Below are positions 42,223 through 52,736 of a stretch of 64,000 nucleotides of DNA, piece after piece. Both the position numbers and the translations under genes were made by a program. The stretch's first letter is position 1, and each line of letters begins with the position of its first letter. The DNA comes from Thermoanaerobaculia bacterium (GTDB lineage: Bacteria > Acidobacteriota > Thermoanaerobaculia > Multivoradales > UBA5704): NCBI GenBank assembly GCA_035490435.1, contig DATHEF010000004.1, positions 216,044 to 280,043 of the forward strand, read 5' to 3'. The notes under the pieces were generated by a model. It saw nothing but the letters and a program-made list of their open reading frames with translations, was not told the DNA's origin and did not search any database.

Positions 42223-44847
42223 ATGACCGAACCGAACGACCGCATCGGGGCCTACCGCCTCGTCCGCCGCCTGGGCTCAGGTGGCATGGGGGAGGTCTTC
42301 CTCGCCTGGGACGGCCGTTTGGAGCGGACGGTGGCGGCCAAGCGGATGCGGCCGGACCGCGACCGCGGCGGCGCGCGGCGGGAACGGTTCCGCCGCGAGG
42401 CGCGGGCGGCGGCGCGGCTGAACCACCCCAACGTCGTCCAGATCTTCGACCTCGTGGAGTCCGGCGACGAGGCGGGGGACTGGATCGTCATGGAGTACGT
42501 TCAGGGGAGATCGCTTGCCGATCTCCTCCGGAATGGCCCGCTGCCTCCAGGAGCTGCCGTCGATCTCGCCCGCCAGGTGGCCGAGGGATTGGCCGCCGCC
42601 CATGCCCAGGGGCTGGTCCATCGCGACCTCAAGGCCGAGAACGTGATGGTCACCTCGGCCGGCCAGGCCAAGATCCTCGACTTCGGCCTCGCCCGGCCCC
42701 TGGAGTCCGGCACCGGCGAGACGCTCACCGGCGACGGCATGGTGATGGGGACATGGCGCTCGATGTCCCCCGAGCAGGCCGCGGGGGACACGGCGGATGC
42801 CCGTTCGGACCTCTTCTCCCTCGGCGTCCTGCTCTACGAGACGCTGGCTGGCCGCTCGCCGTTCCTGGGGAAGACTCCGATCGAGACCCTGCGCAACGTC
42901 ACGGGCGCTCCGCCCGAGCCGCTCGATGGCCTGCGGCCGGAGTTGCCGCCGGAGCTCATCGCGCTGGTCGCGTCGCTGCTGGAGAAGGACCCTGGCCGGC
43001 GTCCGGCGACGGCGGAGCAGGTAGCGCGGGACCTCCGCGCGCTCGCCGCCCGTCCCGAATTGTCCCCGCCCTCCGGGTGGGCGCTCCCCGCGGCCGGTTC
43101 CGCCACGGCCGAGGGGGAGATGCCGACGGTGATCGAGGGGCCGATCGGGATGCGGGGATCGTTCATCGATTCGAGGCGGTGGACGCGCCCCAGGAGGCTG
43201 GCGTGGATCGCCGCCTTCGCGGTCGCGGCCCTGGCGGTCCTGCTCGGAGTGATCGGCACGCGTCATTCCCGGAAGGCGGCCGGGCCTCTCCGGGTGGCCG
43301 TCCCCCCTCCCGCCCGTCTCGGGAACGGTGGCGAGGCGATCGATTTTGCCGCCTTCGGGATTCAGAACATCGTCCTCCGGACCCTGTCGTCCCTGGACGG
43401 CGTGACGGCGATCGATCCGTCACAGTTCCGGGAGGTCCAAGGAGGGAACCGGGAGATCGCGCGCGCGATATCAGCCGGAGAGGTGCTTGCCACGACCCTC
43501 GAAGGCAAGGGGAAGAAGGCCGAGATCTCGCTGCGCAGGATCCGGGGGAGCGACGAGGAGATTCTCTGGCAGGGCAGAGTGGAGGAGTCTCTGGACCCGC
43601 GGGATGCCTTGATGCTGGCGCGGGACGTCTCGGCGGTGCTGCGGGAAGCGTTCGAAGGCCGCGTGCCGCGGAAAGGGTCTCCGGGCCTGGAGGTGCGCGC
43701 GGCCGACTACGCCGAGTTTCTCCGCATCAAGCGGCGGGTCGAAGCGGGCCGGGGCGCCTGGGCTCCGGAGCTCGAGCGGCTGAACGCCATCCTGTCCGGT
43801 TCACCCCGGTTTCTGGACGCCTACATTCAGGCGGCCTCGCTCGCCATCTACCTCTACGAAGACTCGAAGAACCCGGCCTACCTGGAGCGCGCCCGCTCTT
43901 CCCTGCGGCGCGCCCGGCTGCTGGCGCCGGAGCTGCCGGACGTCCTGTCGATCGAGATCCGGCTTGCGGTCACCGAGGGGGACTGGGTGAGCGCGGAGCA
44001 ACTGATCGCCGAGCTCGAGCGGCTGGTTCCGGGAGACCCGCGGCCCCTGGTCCAGCGTGCATCCCTGGCGTATCAGCGCGGGCGTCTGGACGAGGCCGTC
44101 TCCTGGATGCGCCAAGTGGTCCAGCGGGTGCCGACCTGGCGCAACCTGGTGACGTTGAGCGGCTGGGAGGCCCGCACCGGGCAACTCGCGGAAGCCCGCC
44201 GGCATCTGGCCGGCGCGCTCCTCCTGGCGCCTGGAAACACCTGGGTGCTTGCCAAGATGGGCGAGGTGGAGCTCGCCTATGGCGACCTGTCCCGCGCTGA
44301 GAAGATCTACCGTGGGCTGGTGAACGCCAGCCCACAGCGCAGCGACCTCACCAATCTGGGCCTGATCCATTTCCTGCTGGGGCGCTATGAGGACGCCGCC
44401 GCCGACTACCGCCGGGCGCTTCAGATCGATCCCGGCCACATCACCGTCACTCTCGACCTCGCCGACGCCGAGCTGGCCCTGGGTCACCGGCGGGAAGCCG
44501 CCGAGCTTCACCGCCAGATCCTCGCGGCCCTGGAAGCCAAGGAGCGCGGGGCTGCCCTGCTGCCCATCGAACAGACCTTTCGCGCCCAGTGTCTGGCGTA
44601 TCTGGGGGAGAGCCGCAAAGCGGTCGACATCGCCCTGGGCGCTCTCCAGGGGAGCCCGGAGGACGCCGACGTCGTCTACCAGTCCGCCCTGGTCCTCGCG
44701 GTCTCGGGAGAGCGGGCCTCCGCCCTTTCGCTCGTGCGGAAGGCCCTCTCCCTCGGCTATCAGCCCCGGTGGTTCGGGGTTCCGGCGTTCGATTCCCTAC
44801 GCTCCGATCCGGCATTCCGCGAAATGCTCGCCGCGCGCCGGAGCTAA
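42223..44847 (+). CDS. Ser/Thr protein kinase with C-terminal TPR repeats
   Basis: GxGxxG (LGSGGMGEV), VAAK, HRDLKAENVMV, DFG, APE; TM segment after the kinase domain; TPR repeats at the C-terminus. Confidence 0.9.
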   Translation: MTEPNDRIGAYRLVRRLGSGGMGEVFLAWDGRLERTVAAKRMRPDRDRGGARRERFRREARAAARLNHPNVVQIFDLVESGDEAGDWIVMEYVQGRSLADLLRNGPLPPGAAVDLARQVAEGLAAAHAQGLVHRDLKAENVMVTSAGQAKILDFGLARPLESGTGETLTGDGMVMGTWRSMSPEQAAGDTADARSDLFSLGVLLYETLAGRSPFLGKTPIETLRNVTGAPPEPLDGLRPELPPELIALVASLLEKDPGRRPATAEQVARDLRALAARPELSPPSGWALPAAGSATAEGEMPTVIEGPIGMRGSFIDSRRWTRPRRLAWIAAFAVAALAVLLGVIGTRHSRKAAGPLRVAVPPPARLGNGGEAIDFAAFGIQNIVLRTLSSLDGVTAIDPSQFREVQGGNREIARAISAGEVLATTLEGKGKKAEISLRRIRGSDEEILWQGRVEESLDPRDALMLARDVSAVLREAFEGRVPRKGSPGLEVRAADYAEFLRIKRRVEAGRGAWAPELERLNAILSGSPRFLDAYIQAASLAIYLYEDSKNPAYLERARSSLRRARLLAPELPDVLSIEIRLAVTEGDWVSAEQLIAELERLVPGDPRPLVQRASLAYQRGRLDEAVSWMRQVVQRVPTWRNLVTLSGWEARTGQLAEARRHLAGALLLAPGNTWVLAKMGEVELAYGDLSRAEKIYRGLVNASPQRSDLTNLGLIHFLLGRYEDAAADYRRALQIDPGHITVTLDLADAELALGHRREAAELHRQILAALEAKERGAALLPIEQTFRAQCLAYLGESRKAVDIALGALQGSPEDADVVYQSALVLAVSGERASALSLVRKALSLGYQPRWFGVPAFDSLRSDPAFREMLAARRS

Positions 44848-45629
44848 CCGCCGGTTCCTCCCGTGGGGTCGAGCACGGTTCCCCGGTTGTCGATCGCCGG
44901 ATCGCCGCTGCTGATCCGGAGGATCTCGCCGCTGCCGATCCGCACCACCGAGACATTGAAGTAGTAGGTGCCGGAGATCCGGTTGTTCCCCGTGCCACGC
45001 ACCCGGTCGACGCCGGTCGTCAGGCTGGTGAACGGCCCCAGATAAGTGCTCGACACCTCGCCCTTGCCGTCGTAGCGGGTGAAGCTCACCACCGGACGCC
45101 AGGCATCCTGATCTTCGAGGGTGTTCTTGAAGACCCACTCGACCGTATCGCCGGGCTGGATGATCAACCCGATCGGCGAGACGTCGAGCGAGATCTCCGA
45201 GCCCGGCCTCGGTGTGATGGTGAAGACCTGCGTCACTCCGATCTTTTCCGAGCCGATCTTGAGCCGGCCCGCGTCGCTGCTGATCACGGCCGCTCCCTTT
45301 TCCCAGCCCGCCCCCAGACCCTTCTGGACGGCGACGCGGTAGACGAATTCAAGGGACGCCGGATCGATATCGGCCCGGCAGACGCCCCAGAGAGCGACGG
45401 CGCTCTGGCTCAGCTCCGCGAAGGGGCCGAGAAACTGCGTGCCGCCGTCCTGGGGGCGGAACTCGATCCATGGCGACCAGCCGGACGGGATGCCGAAGAA
45501 CTGCCAGACCACCCGGTCGCCCGGCTTGAGGTCCAGCGCCGGCTGGCTCAGGGTCAGGGTCGAGCTCGTCATGTCGCAATCGACGGTGATGAAGTGATCG
45601 ATGGGACCGGCCTTCTGCTCGTCTGCCAT
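44844..45629 (-). CDS. hypothetical protein with two tandem beta-sandwich (cupredoxin-like fold, no metal ligands) repeats
   Basis: Internal duplication (LKPGDRVVWQFF... / IQPGDTVEWVFK...; ...LGPF in both halves); 4-bp overlap with the kinase gene stop; divergent from the FHA-sigma54 activator gene. Confidence 0.55.
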   Translation of the reverse strand: MADEQKAGPIDHFITVDCDMTSSTLTLSQPALDLKPGDRVVWQFFGIPSGWSPWIEFRPQDGGTQFLGPFAELSQSAVALWGVCRADIDPASLEFVYRVAVQKGLGAGWEKGAAVISSDAGRLKIGSEKIGVTQVFTITPRPGSEISLDVSPIGLIIQPGDTVEWVFKNTLEDQDAWRPVVSFTRYDGKGEVSSTYLGPFTSLTTGVDRVRGTGNNRISGTYYFNVSVVRIGSGEILRISSGDPAIDNRGTVLDPTGGTGG

Positions 45630-45809
45630 GGAGGTCTCCTTGAGCCGGGCGGGATCGGCTCCCTGATGCCCGGCGGAAATTGAAGTTTTCGGCGCGCATC
45701 TCCGGATAGAGCACGGAACGTACCAGGGCGCCTCCCCCTGGATGGGACTGTCTACGCTCTCGCGGATACGCTAGAGTACACGCGGAATTACTAGACAGGC
45801 GCCCGCTTT

Positions 45810-47666
45810 TTGAATCCCTCCCTCGTCGCCCTCACCGGCCCGCTGCAAGGGCAGACATTCGAGCTGCGCGGCGGCGAGCTCGCTCTCGGCCGCCACCCCT
45901 CGAACGATCTGCGGCTGCCCGATCCGTCGGTCTCCCGCCATCACTGCGTCCTGCGCCGCACCGCCGAGGGGTGGCGGATCGTGGACCTGGAGAGCAGCCG
46001 CGGCACCTTCGTCAACGGCCTGCCGGTGCGGGAACGGGAGCTCGCCCACGGCGACTTTCTGGCGATCGGGGATTCCACCTTCCTGGTCTCGCTGCGGGAC
46101 GCCCGGGCCGGAACGCCCGAGCCGGCGGGGGACCTGGAGGATTCCGGCCTCGCCGGAGAGACCGAGATCCGCCTCGCCGTCACCGATTCCATCTACCTGC
46201 GGCGGGACCGGCTGCCGGCGGCGCTCGCCGGCCTGCTCGAGATCGCCGCCGCGCCGCCGGGCGGCTCCGCGGCCCTGGGAACCCATCTCTTGGAACGCGT
46301 TCTCGCGGCGGTGCCGGCGGAGCGGGCCGCGCTCCTGCCGGTAGAGGAGGATGGCGAGGGGCTGGCGCCGATCCACCGTTCGCCGGCCGGGGATCGCCCC
46401 TTCGCCGTCAGCCGGACGATCGTGGCCCGGGTTCTTGCCGGGCGCGAGGCGCTGCTGATCGATCGCGGGCGCGGCGACGAGGCTTCCGGCAGCGTCGCCT
46501 CCGCCGGCGTCCGCTCGCTCGCCTGCGTGCCGCTCCCGGGGCTGGCCGGCATTCTCTACGCCGACACTCTGACCTCTGGAGCGCATCTGGACGAGGAGCA
46601 CCTCCAGTGGCTGGCGGCGGCGGCCGCCCTCGCTTCCGGCCCGCTGGCCGCCGCCCTCCGCGCCGAGCGGCTGGAACGGGAGAACCAGCGCCTTCAGGCC
46701 GCCGAGCTGGGGCACGGGCTGGTGGGGGAGAGCCCCGGCCTGCGCCGGATCTACGGCGTGATCACGCGCGTGGCGCCGACGCCGTCGACCCTGCTGATCC
46801 TCGGCGAGAGCGGCACCGGCAAAGAGCTGGCGGCCCGCGCCCTCCACGGCGCCAGCCGGCGGGCGGGGAAGCCGTTCATCGCCATCAATTGCGCGACGCT
46901 CTCGGAGACCCTGCTCGAAAGCGAGCTCTTCGGCCACGAGCGGGGAGCCTTCACCGGTGCCGTGGAGCGCAAGACCGGCAAGCTGGAGGTCGCCGACGGC
47001 GGCACCCTCTTCCTCGACGAGGTGGGGGAGATGCCGCCCGCCCTCCAGGCGAGGCTCCTGCGCGTGCTCCAGGAGCGCACCTTCGAGCGGCTGGGGAGCA
47101 CGAAGCCGATCCGCGTGGACATCCGCCTGGTCGCCGCGACCAACCGCGACCTCCTGAAGGCGATCTCCGAGGGGAGCTTCCGGGCCGACCTCTATTACCG
47201 GCTGAACGTGGTCTCGATCACCATGCCCCCCCTGCGCGAGCGCCGGGAGGACATCCCGCTGCTGGCGAGCCACTTCGCGGCGCTGCACGGCCGGGACATC
47301 CGCGGACGCGAGGCGGGGATCTCGCCCGAGGCCCGGGCCCTGCTCCTTCGCTACGACTGGCCGGGCAACGTGCGCGAGCTGGGCAACGCCATCGAGCGCG
47401 CGGTCGTGCTCGGTATGGACGACACGATCCGCCCCGAGGATCTGCCGGAGACCCTCCTCGAGACCGCCCCCGCTGGCGGCGCGGGTGCGGCCACGACGAC
47501 CCAGTACCACGACGCGCTGAACGGCCTGAAGCGCCGGTTGATCGTCGAGGCGGTCCGCGACAGCGGCGGCACGATCACCCGGGCGGCCGAGCGCCTGGGA
47601 CTCCACCCCAATCATCTCCACCGGCTGATCACGACCCTCGGGCTCCGCGACGAGATCGAGGGGTGA
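45810..47666 (+). CDS. sigma-54-dependent transcriptional activator (FHA - GAF - AAA+ sigma54 interaction - Fis HTH)
   Basis: FHA ([22 protein letters not shown]...[10 protein letters not shown]); GESGTGKE Walker A; GAFTGA motif; C-terminal HTH. TTG start per the ORF track. Confidence 0.85.
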   Translation: MNPSLVALTGPLQGQTFELRGGELALGRHPSNDLRLPDPSVSRHHCVLRRTAEGWRIVDLESSRGTFVNGLPVRERELAHGDFLAIGDSTFLVSLRDARAGTPEPAGDLEDSGLAGETEIRLAVTDSIYLRRDRLPAALAGLLEIAAAPPGGSAALGTHLLERVLAAVPAERAALLPVEEDGEGLAPIHRSPAGDRPFAVSRTIVARVLAGREALLIDRGRGDEASGSVASAGVRSLACVPLPGLAGILYADTLTSGAHLDEEHLQWLAAAAALASGPLAAALRAERLERENQRLQAAELGHGLVGESPGLRRIYGVITRVAPTPSTLLILGESGTGKELAARALHGASRRAGKPFIAINCATLSETLLESELFGHERGAFTGAVERKTGKLEVADGGTLFLDEVGEMPPALQARLLRVLQERTFERLGSTKPIRVDIRLVAATNRDLLKAISEGSFRADLYYRLNVVSITMPPLRERREDIPLLASHFAALHGRDIRGREAGISPEARALLLRYDWPGNVRELGNAIERAVVLGMDDTIRPEDLPETLLETAPAGGAGAATTTQYHDALNGLKRRLIVEAVRDSGGTITRAAERLGLHPNHLHRLITTLGLRDEIEG

Positions 47667-47679
47667 GAGGAGGACGGAC

Positions 47680-48099
47680 ATGACCCGCGAAGAGCTGGAA
47701 CGGGAGAACCGGGCGATCGACCAGACGTTCGCCGACTGGATGGAGGCCGGCAGGAAGGGGGACGCCGAGACCCTCGTCTCCCTGATCACCGAAGACGCGG
47801 AGTTCTGGACCCACGGCGCGCCGGCCATGAAGGGGCGCGAGGCCGCGGCCGCCATGTTCCAGGGGTTCTTCGCCGGCTACACCTACGAGCAGAGCTTCGA
47901 GACCCTGGAGCGGATCGTCACCGGCGGCTGGGCCTTCGTGCGCGGCACGGAACACAACCGGGTGACACCCCGGGGTGGCGAGACGGTCGAGATCCGCCAG
48001 CGGGCCTTCATGGTGCTCCGGCGGGAGCCGGACGGCCGCTGGCGCTACGCCCGGGGGATGACGAATCTGGAGACCCGGCCGCCGGTGGCCACCCTTTGA
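47680..48099 (+). CDS. SnoaL-like / DUF4440 NTF2-fold protein
   Basis: 139 aa; ...DAEFW...G...R.R-type layout typical of DUF4440. Confidence 0.6.
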   Translation: MTREELERENRAIDQTFADWMEAGRKGDAETLVSLITEDAEFWTHGAPAMKGREAAAAMFQGFFAGYTYEQSFETLERIVTGGWAFVRGTEHNRVTPRGGETVEIRQRAFMVLRREPDGRWRYARGMTNLETRPPVATL

Positions 48100-48120
48100 C
48101 GTGCCCTACAATGAACCCGC

Positions 48121-48525
48121 ATGGCCACCGCGAACCCCATCGTCCTCTTCGACGGCGTCTGCAATCTGTGCAACGGGTCGGTCCAGTTCATTCTCCGGCA
48201 CGATCCGGCAGCGCGATTCCGATTCGCTTCTCTCCAGTCGCCTGTGGGCCAGGAGCTGATGACCCGGTTCGGGATGGATCCCAAGCTCCTGGACAGCGTC
48301 ATCCTGGTCGAGGGGGACCGTTGGTTCAAGGAGAGCGATGCCGCGCTCCGCATCGCCCGTGGGATGAGCGGCGGCTGGAAGGCGCTCGCGGTCTTCTGGG
48401 TGATCCCCCGGCCGATCCGGGACGCCGTCTACCGCCTCATCGCCCGCAACCGCTATCGCTGGTTCGGGAAGCAGGAGACCTGCTGGCTGCCCACGCCGGA
48501 GTTGCGGGGGCGGTTTCTGGGGTGA
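48121..48525 (+). CDS. thiol-disulfide oxidoreductase DCC family protein (DUF393)
   Basis: LFDGVCNLCN (DxxCxxC) N-terminal motif. Confidence 0.8.
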   Translation: MATANPIVLFDGVCNLCNGSVQFILRHDPAARFRFASLQSPVGQELMTRFGMDPKLLDSVILVEGDRWFKESDAALRIARGMSGGWKALAVFWVIPRPIRDAVYRLIARNRYRWFGKQETCWLPTPELRGRFLG

Positions 48526-48530
48526 GAAGT

Positions 48531-48748
48531 TCGCCCGCAGGGCGGAATTTATCCAGCCTGGGGTGTTAACCCCAGGTAGGCGGCCCACCCACGTCCCCAA
48601 GCCCGCAGGGCCGGCAGAAACCTCCGTCGCTGAGGCCGCGCCGGTCCAAATTCAAATGATCTGCCGGCCCCTTCGGGGACTTGGGATTTGTGGGGCCTCG
48701 TACCTGGGGTTGACACCCCAGGCTGGATAAATTCCGCCCTGCGGGCGG
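48531..48748. mobile_element. MITE-like element with about 47-bp terminal inverted repeats and nested inner inverted repeats
   Basis: Left gcccgcagggcggaatttatccagcctggggtgttaaccccaggt; right acctggggttgacaccccaggctggataaattccgccctgcgggc (1 mismatch). Inner gccggcaga...tctgccggc and ccccaagcccgcaggg / ccccttcggggacttggg pairings. Lies between convergent genes. Confidence 0.65.
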
Positions 48749-48798
48749 TTGCCCTTCGGAATCCTGCCTCTGGAAGGCCGCCCCTGCGGGGCTGCACC

Positions 48799-49854
48799 CT
48801 ACCAGCTCCCGCTGGCCCCGCCTCCCGAGGAACTGCCGCCACTGAAGCCCGATCCCGAGCTGGAACCCGAGCCCGAGCTCGATCCCGAGCTGGAGTCGGA
48901 GGGCGGAGAGCTCGACGAGCTCCTACGGGAAGAGAACGCCCCCAATGCCGCGGCAGCTGACGACGAGGTGGTAGTGCGCTTTTCTTCCAGTCTCGCCCTG
49001 TAGCGGTCGTCGCGGTCGTCGCGGCCATCGTCGTAGGAGCGGTTCGCCCGGGTGCCCCAGGTCTCCATTCCCCCGCCCTGCGAGTAGGCCCGGAAAGCGT
49101 TCAGCCCGATGACCAGGAGCACGAGAACGCCGAACACGAGAAAGCCCACGATACCGCCCCTGGTTTCCGGCGGATCGACCGGAGCCCGAGAAGACATTTG
49201 AGCCCAGGGGGTGGGGACCGGCGCTGCCTCGGGGGAGTCGGGCACGACCGGCGCCGGCGCCTCGGCCGGAGCGTACGAGGTTGTTTCGGGGCTCGTCTCG
49301 GGAACTGTCTCCAACCCATCCACCCCGGAAAGGATGGGGGAGACATGGAGAATCCGCCGGGCGCAGGCGATGGCGCCCAGGACGATCGCCCCGGCGGGGT
49401 TCCCGGCCCGGAAGCGGGGAACCATCTCCCCCTGCATCACCGCCTCGCTCTCCCGGCGGCCCGCCTCGCCGTCCAGGCCTCTGCCGAGCACGATCTCCGC
49501 CTTGTGGTCCGCCAGGGCGGCGAAGACGAGCAGCCCGTTTTCCTTCCCGCGCTCGCCGATCCCCCAGGTGTTGAACAGGCGGGTGGCGAACTCGTGGGCA
49601 TCGACGCCGTTCGTCGAGCTCACCACCACGACGGCCATCTCGGCGCCCGTCTTCTCCTTGATCTGGTCGCCGAGCTGGTTCAGCTCCGCCAGCCTCTCAG
49701 GGGGCAGTGTGTTGGTCAGGTCGACCGCCCAGCCGGTGGGGCGGGGAGTCGGGATCTCTTCGACGGTTATTTCGACGGTAATGGCCCGCGCCGTGCAAGC
49801 GACGAGACCGAGGAGAAGGCCGAGGACGAAGCGGGAGCGATGACGAGCGTGCAT
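48799..49854 (-). CDS. TPM-domain protein (TLP18.3/Psb32/MOLO-1 family) with C-terminal TM and Ser/Gly-rich tail
   Basis: Signal peptide MHARHRSRFVLGLLLGLVACTARA; TPM phosphatase-like domain (...VVVVSSTNG...FNTWGIG...NGLLV...); TM; low-complexity S/G tail. Start trimmed from 50136. Confidence 0.7.
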   Translation of the reverse strand: MHARHRSRFVLGLLLGLVACTARAITVEITVEEIPTPRPTGWAVDLTNTLPPERLAELNQLGDQIKEKTGAEMAVVVVSSTNGVDAHEFATRLFNTWGIGERGKENGLLVFAALADHKAEIVLGRGLDGEAGRRESEAVMQGEMVPRFRAGNPAGAIVLGAIACARRILHVSPILSGVDGLETVPETSPETTSYAPAEAPAPVVPDSPEAAPVPTPWAQMSSRAPVDPPETRGGIVGFLVFGVLVLLVIGLNAFRAYSQGGGMETWGTRANRSYDDGRDDRDDRYRARLEEKRTTTSSSAAAALGAFSSRRSSSSSPPSDSSSGSSSGSGSSSGSGFSGGSSSGGGASGSW

Positions 49855-49987
49855 CGGATCCTCCTTGTCCGAGATACGCCTCCCGAGAGCCGGAAAGGCA
49901 TCTTCACTCAGAGTGTGCGGCCGGATGAAATCATTTCGCCCGGAAGCGCACAACTGGAATGGAAGAGATCCGTATAGAATCCACCCG

Positions 49988-50986
49988 ATGCCCATCGATA
50001 CGAGGACGCTCCTCAAGAAGAGCATCGCCAAAGCCATCCAATCCCCGGGCAACCTGGTGACGGGCGCGGTGAGCCTTGCCGCCTCGGCCGTGCTGTGGAA
50101 TCCGCTGCCGCTGATCCTTTGGGGTCTCGGCGCCACCGGCTGGGTGGCTCTCGCCGGGACGGGGCAGCGCTACATCCACCAGATCGAGGAAGAGGAGCGG
50201 CGCGACGCCGATCTCAAGGCGGAGAAGGACCGCGAGATCCTGCGCCAGAAGGTGGAGGCGAGCCTCGCCGAGAACCCGATCAACAACTGGATGCGCGCCG
50301 GCCTGCTGCCGGACTACATGTCCGTCTACCGGCGGCTGGCCGAGATCCGCGGCCGGGTAGGAAAGGTCCTCGCCGACCGCACCGATCTCGACGCCCTGAG
50401 CAAGGCGGGCATCGTCCAGCAGCTCGGCTACATGCTGACCGCCTACCTCAACTTCGTGCGCGAGCGGGTCGCCTATCTGCAGATCCTCGCCACCATTCGC
50501 CCCGGATCGGACACTCCGACCCTGCAGGCGGCACCCGCCGGGCCGAGCATCCCGGTGGTCGACAAGCGACGGGGCATCCAGGTCCAGATCCAGCCCGCGC
50601 GCCCCCTGGCGCCGGCCTCGCCGCTGCCGAGCGTGGAGAAGCGGCTGGCCGAGGTGGACGCCAAGGTGAAGCAGCTCGAGGAGCTGGCGCAGAAGGAGCC
50701 GGCCACCGCCCGCACCCGCCAGTTCCATATTGGCATCCTGCAGAAGCAGCGCGACCTGCTGCTCGAGTGCCAGAAGCGCGACCAGTGCGTGGATGCGCAA
50801 CTGGGTGCTTTTTCCGATGTCTTCGAAGTCATCCTGGGCCGGGTCAGCGCGTCGCAGTTCAGCGCGACCGAGGTCGCCAGCTACATGGGCACGGTGGTGG
50901 AGCAGGTCGTGGAAACCGAGCGGTTCGTCGACTCGCTGCGGCCCGCCATGGACGAGCTCATCGTAGGGCTGGGGAGTCCCGGCTGA
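49988..50986 (+). CDS. hypothetical membrane-associated coiled-coil protein, paralog 1 of 2
   Basis: Roughly 45-50% identical to the 54840..55865 product over the full length (shared N-terminal hydrophobic hairpin, EEERR coiled coil, ...EPATARTR(Q/E)FHIGIL(Q/E)KQR(D/E)LLL(E/D)C(Q/H)KRDQCV... C-terminus). Start trimmed to MPIDTRTLLKK to match the paralog's MPFLKKRTLLRR. Confidence 0.6.
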   Translation: MPIDTRTLLKKSIAKAIQSPGNLVTGAVSLAASAVLWNPLPLILWGLGATGWVALAGTGQRYIHQIEEEERRDADLKAEKDREILRQKVEASLAENPINNWMRAGLLPDYMSVYRRLAEIRGRVGKVLADRTDLDALSKAGIVQQLGYMLTAYLNFVRERVAYLQILATIRPGSDTPTLQAAPAGPSIPVVDKRRGIQVQIQPARPLAPASPLPSVEKRLAEVDAKVKQLEELAQKEPATARTRQFHIGILQKQRDLLLECQKRDQCVDAQLGAFSDVFEVILGRVSASQFSATEVASYMGTVVEQVVETERFVDSLRPAMDELIVGLGSPG

Positions 50987-51041
50987 GCCGCCGGCAAGTT
51001 GCGAGAACGTTTCGACCTGAAGGTCGAGAGGAGATAAGACA

Positions 51042-52685
51042 ATGAAGCTCACCCCCATGGGGAAGGCAATCGTCGTGTTGGCCCTGCTGGTCGCTGCGTT
51101 TTTCGCGGTCCGCCGGTTCGTCCCGGGTCTCAAGACCTGGGCCATCGGGGGGGACAAGAATGGCACGGCCGCCGCGCCCGGCAACGAGACCGTCGGCAAG
51201 AACGATTTCGACGCCCTGGGCAACGCCCCGGCCGATCCGGAGCGCGGCAAGGGCTCCGAGGGGGTCTCCCCGGCGAGCAACCTCGGCGGCAGCGGCAAGC
51301 TCGACCGCCCGCTGGTGGTGGCCATCAACACCTGGGCCGGCCACTCGCCCGGCATCGTTTTCAACAACGGCATGGATCCCAATTCCGGCTCGCAGTTCAG
51401 GAAGAAGTACGGGATGGACGTCAAGTTCGTCCTCTTCGAGGACCCGGCGACCAAGCTCGCGGCCTTCCGCAAGGGGGACGTCGACATCATGTGGGACACG
51501 GTCGACAACTGGGCCCGCGAGGCCTCGATCCTCGCCGAGCAGAACCAGAAGGCCAAGTCGATCATCATGCAGGACTGGTCGCGCGGCGGTGACGGCATCG
51601 TCTCGCTCGCCTCGATCAAGTCGATCGAGGAGCTGAAGGGGCACAAGATCGCCTGCACCCAGTTCACCCCCTCGCACTTCCTGCTCCTCTACCTGCTCGC
51701 CCAGTCCGGCCTCTCTCCGGCGGACCGCGCGTCCGTAGAGCAGGGGATCATCTTCACCCAGGACGCCCCGGCCGCCGCGGCCGCCTTCAAGGCCCGGCAG
51801 GTCGACGCCGCCGTGACCTGGGAGCCGGACCTCTCGGCCGCCGTCGAGGCGCGCGGCGCCGAGGCCCACGTCCTGGTCTCGACCGCCGCGGCGACCAACA
51901 TCATCGCCGACACCCTGGTCGCCCGGCAGGATCTGATCGACCGCGCCCCGGACACCGTGCGCGATTTCGTCCACGGCTGGCTCGAGGGGATCGAGGCGAT
52001 CAAGAACGACCCTCAGGGTTCCTACGCCATCGTCGGCAAGGCGCTGAAGCTCGACGCCGACACCATCTCCGGCATGCTCTCGGGGCTGAAGCTCACCCCC
52101 TACGCCGACAATGCCCAGTTCTACGGCCTGACCGGCGGCAAGGCGCACTTCGAGGCCCTGTTCGACACCGCCTTCATCATCTGGCGCAAGAAGGGGCTGG
52201 TGACCCGGCCGGTCGAGGCCAAGGACTGGGCGGACTCCCGCTTCCTGCAGGCGCTGGCCGCCGACTACCCCGGGCAGCAGGTCGAGGAGCCCAAGATCGC
52301 CGCCAAGGCGCCGTCAGAGAAGGACCGGGCGATCATCAACAAGCAGATCCAGATCCACTTCACCCCGGGCTCCGACGAGATCATGGCCGGCTCCTACATC
52401 GTCCTCGACGCCCTGGGGGAGACCATGACCTCCTTCGGCAACACCTACCTGCGGGTCGAGGGGAACACCGACGCGACCGGCTCGCAGAACGCCAACCTGA
52501 CGCTCTCCGAGAAGCGGGCCCTGGCGGTGAAGAACTACATCCTGCAGAGCTTCCCCAACATCCAGTCCGCCCGTTTCCAGACCATCGGCCACGGCGCGAC
52601 CAACCCGGTGGCCGACAACACCACGGAAGCCGGGCGGCAGTTGAACCGCCGGACGGATATCAAGGTGGTTCTGGCGACGCAGTAG
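51042..52685 (+). CDS. NitT/TauT-family ABC substrate-binding protein (NMT1/SsuA-like) fused to a C-terminal OmpA/MotB-like domain
   Basis: N-terminal TM/signal anchor; SsuA/NMT1-like binding domain; C-terminal ...EGNTDATGSQNANLTLSEKRALAVKNYI...NRRTDIKV is an OmpA_C-like peptidoglycan-binding signature. Confidence 0.7.
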   Translation: MKLTPMGKAIVVLALLVAAFFAVRRFVPGLKTWAIGGDKNGTAAAPGNETVGKNDFDALGNAPADPERGKGSEGVSPASNLGGSGKLDRPLVVAINTWAGHSPGIVFNNGMDPNSGSQFRKKYGMDVKFVLFEDPATKLAAFRKGDVDIMWDTVDNWAREASILAEQNQKAKSIIMQDWSRGGDGIVSLASIKSIEELKGHKIACTQFTPSHFLLLYLLAQSGLSPADRASVEQGIIFTQDAPAAAAAFKARQVDAAVTWEPDLSAAVEARGAEAHVLVSTAAATNIIADTLVARQDLIDRAPDTVRDFVHGWLEGIEAIKNDPQGSYAIVGKALKLDADTISGMLSGLKLTPYADNAQFYGLTGGKAHFEALFDTAFIIWRKKGLVTRPVEAKDWADSRFLQALAADYPGQQVEEPKIAAKAPSEKDRAIINKQIQIHFTPGSDEIMAGSYIVLDALGETMTSFGNTYLRVEGNTDATGSQNANLTLSEKRALAVKNYILQSFPNIQSARFQTIGHGATNPVADNTTEAGRQLNRRTDIKVVLATQ

Positions 52686-52736
52686 GATTTCGCAGGGACG
52701 AGGCTTGTTTCAATATCGTCCCCAAGGCGTTCTTTA

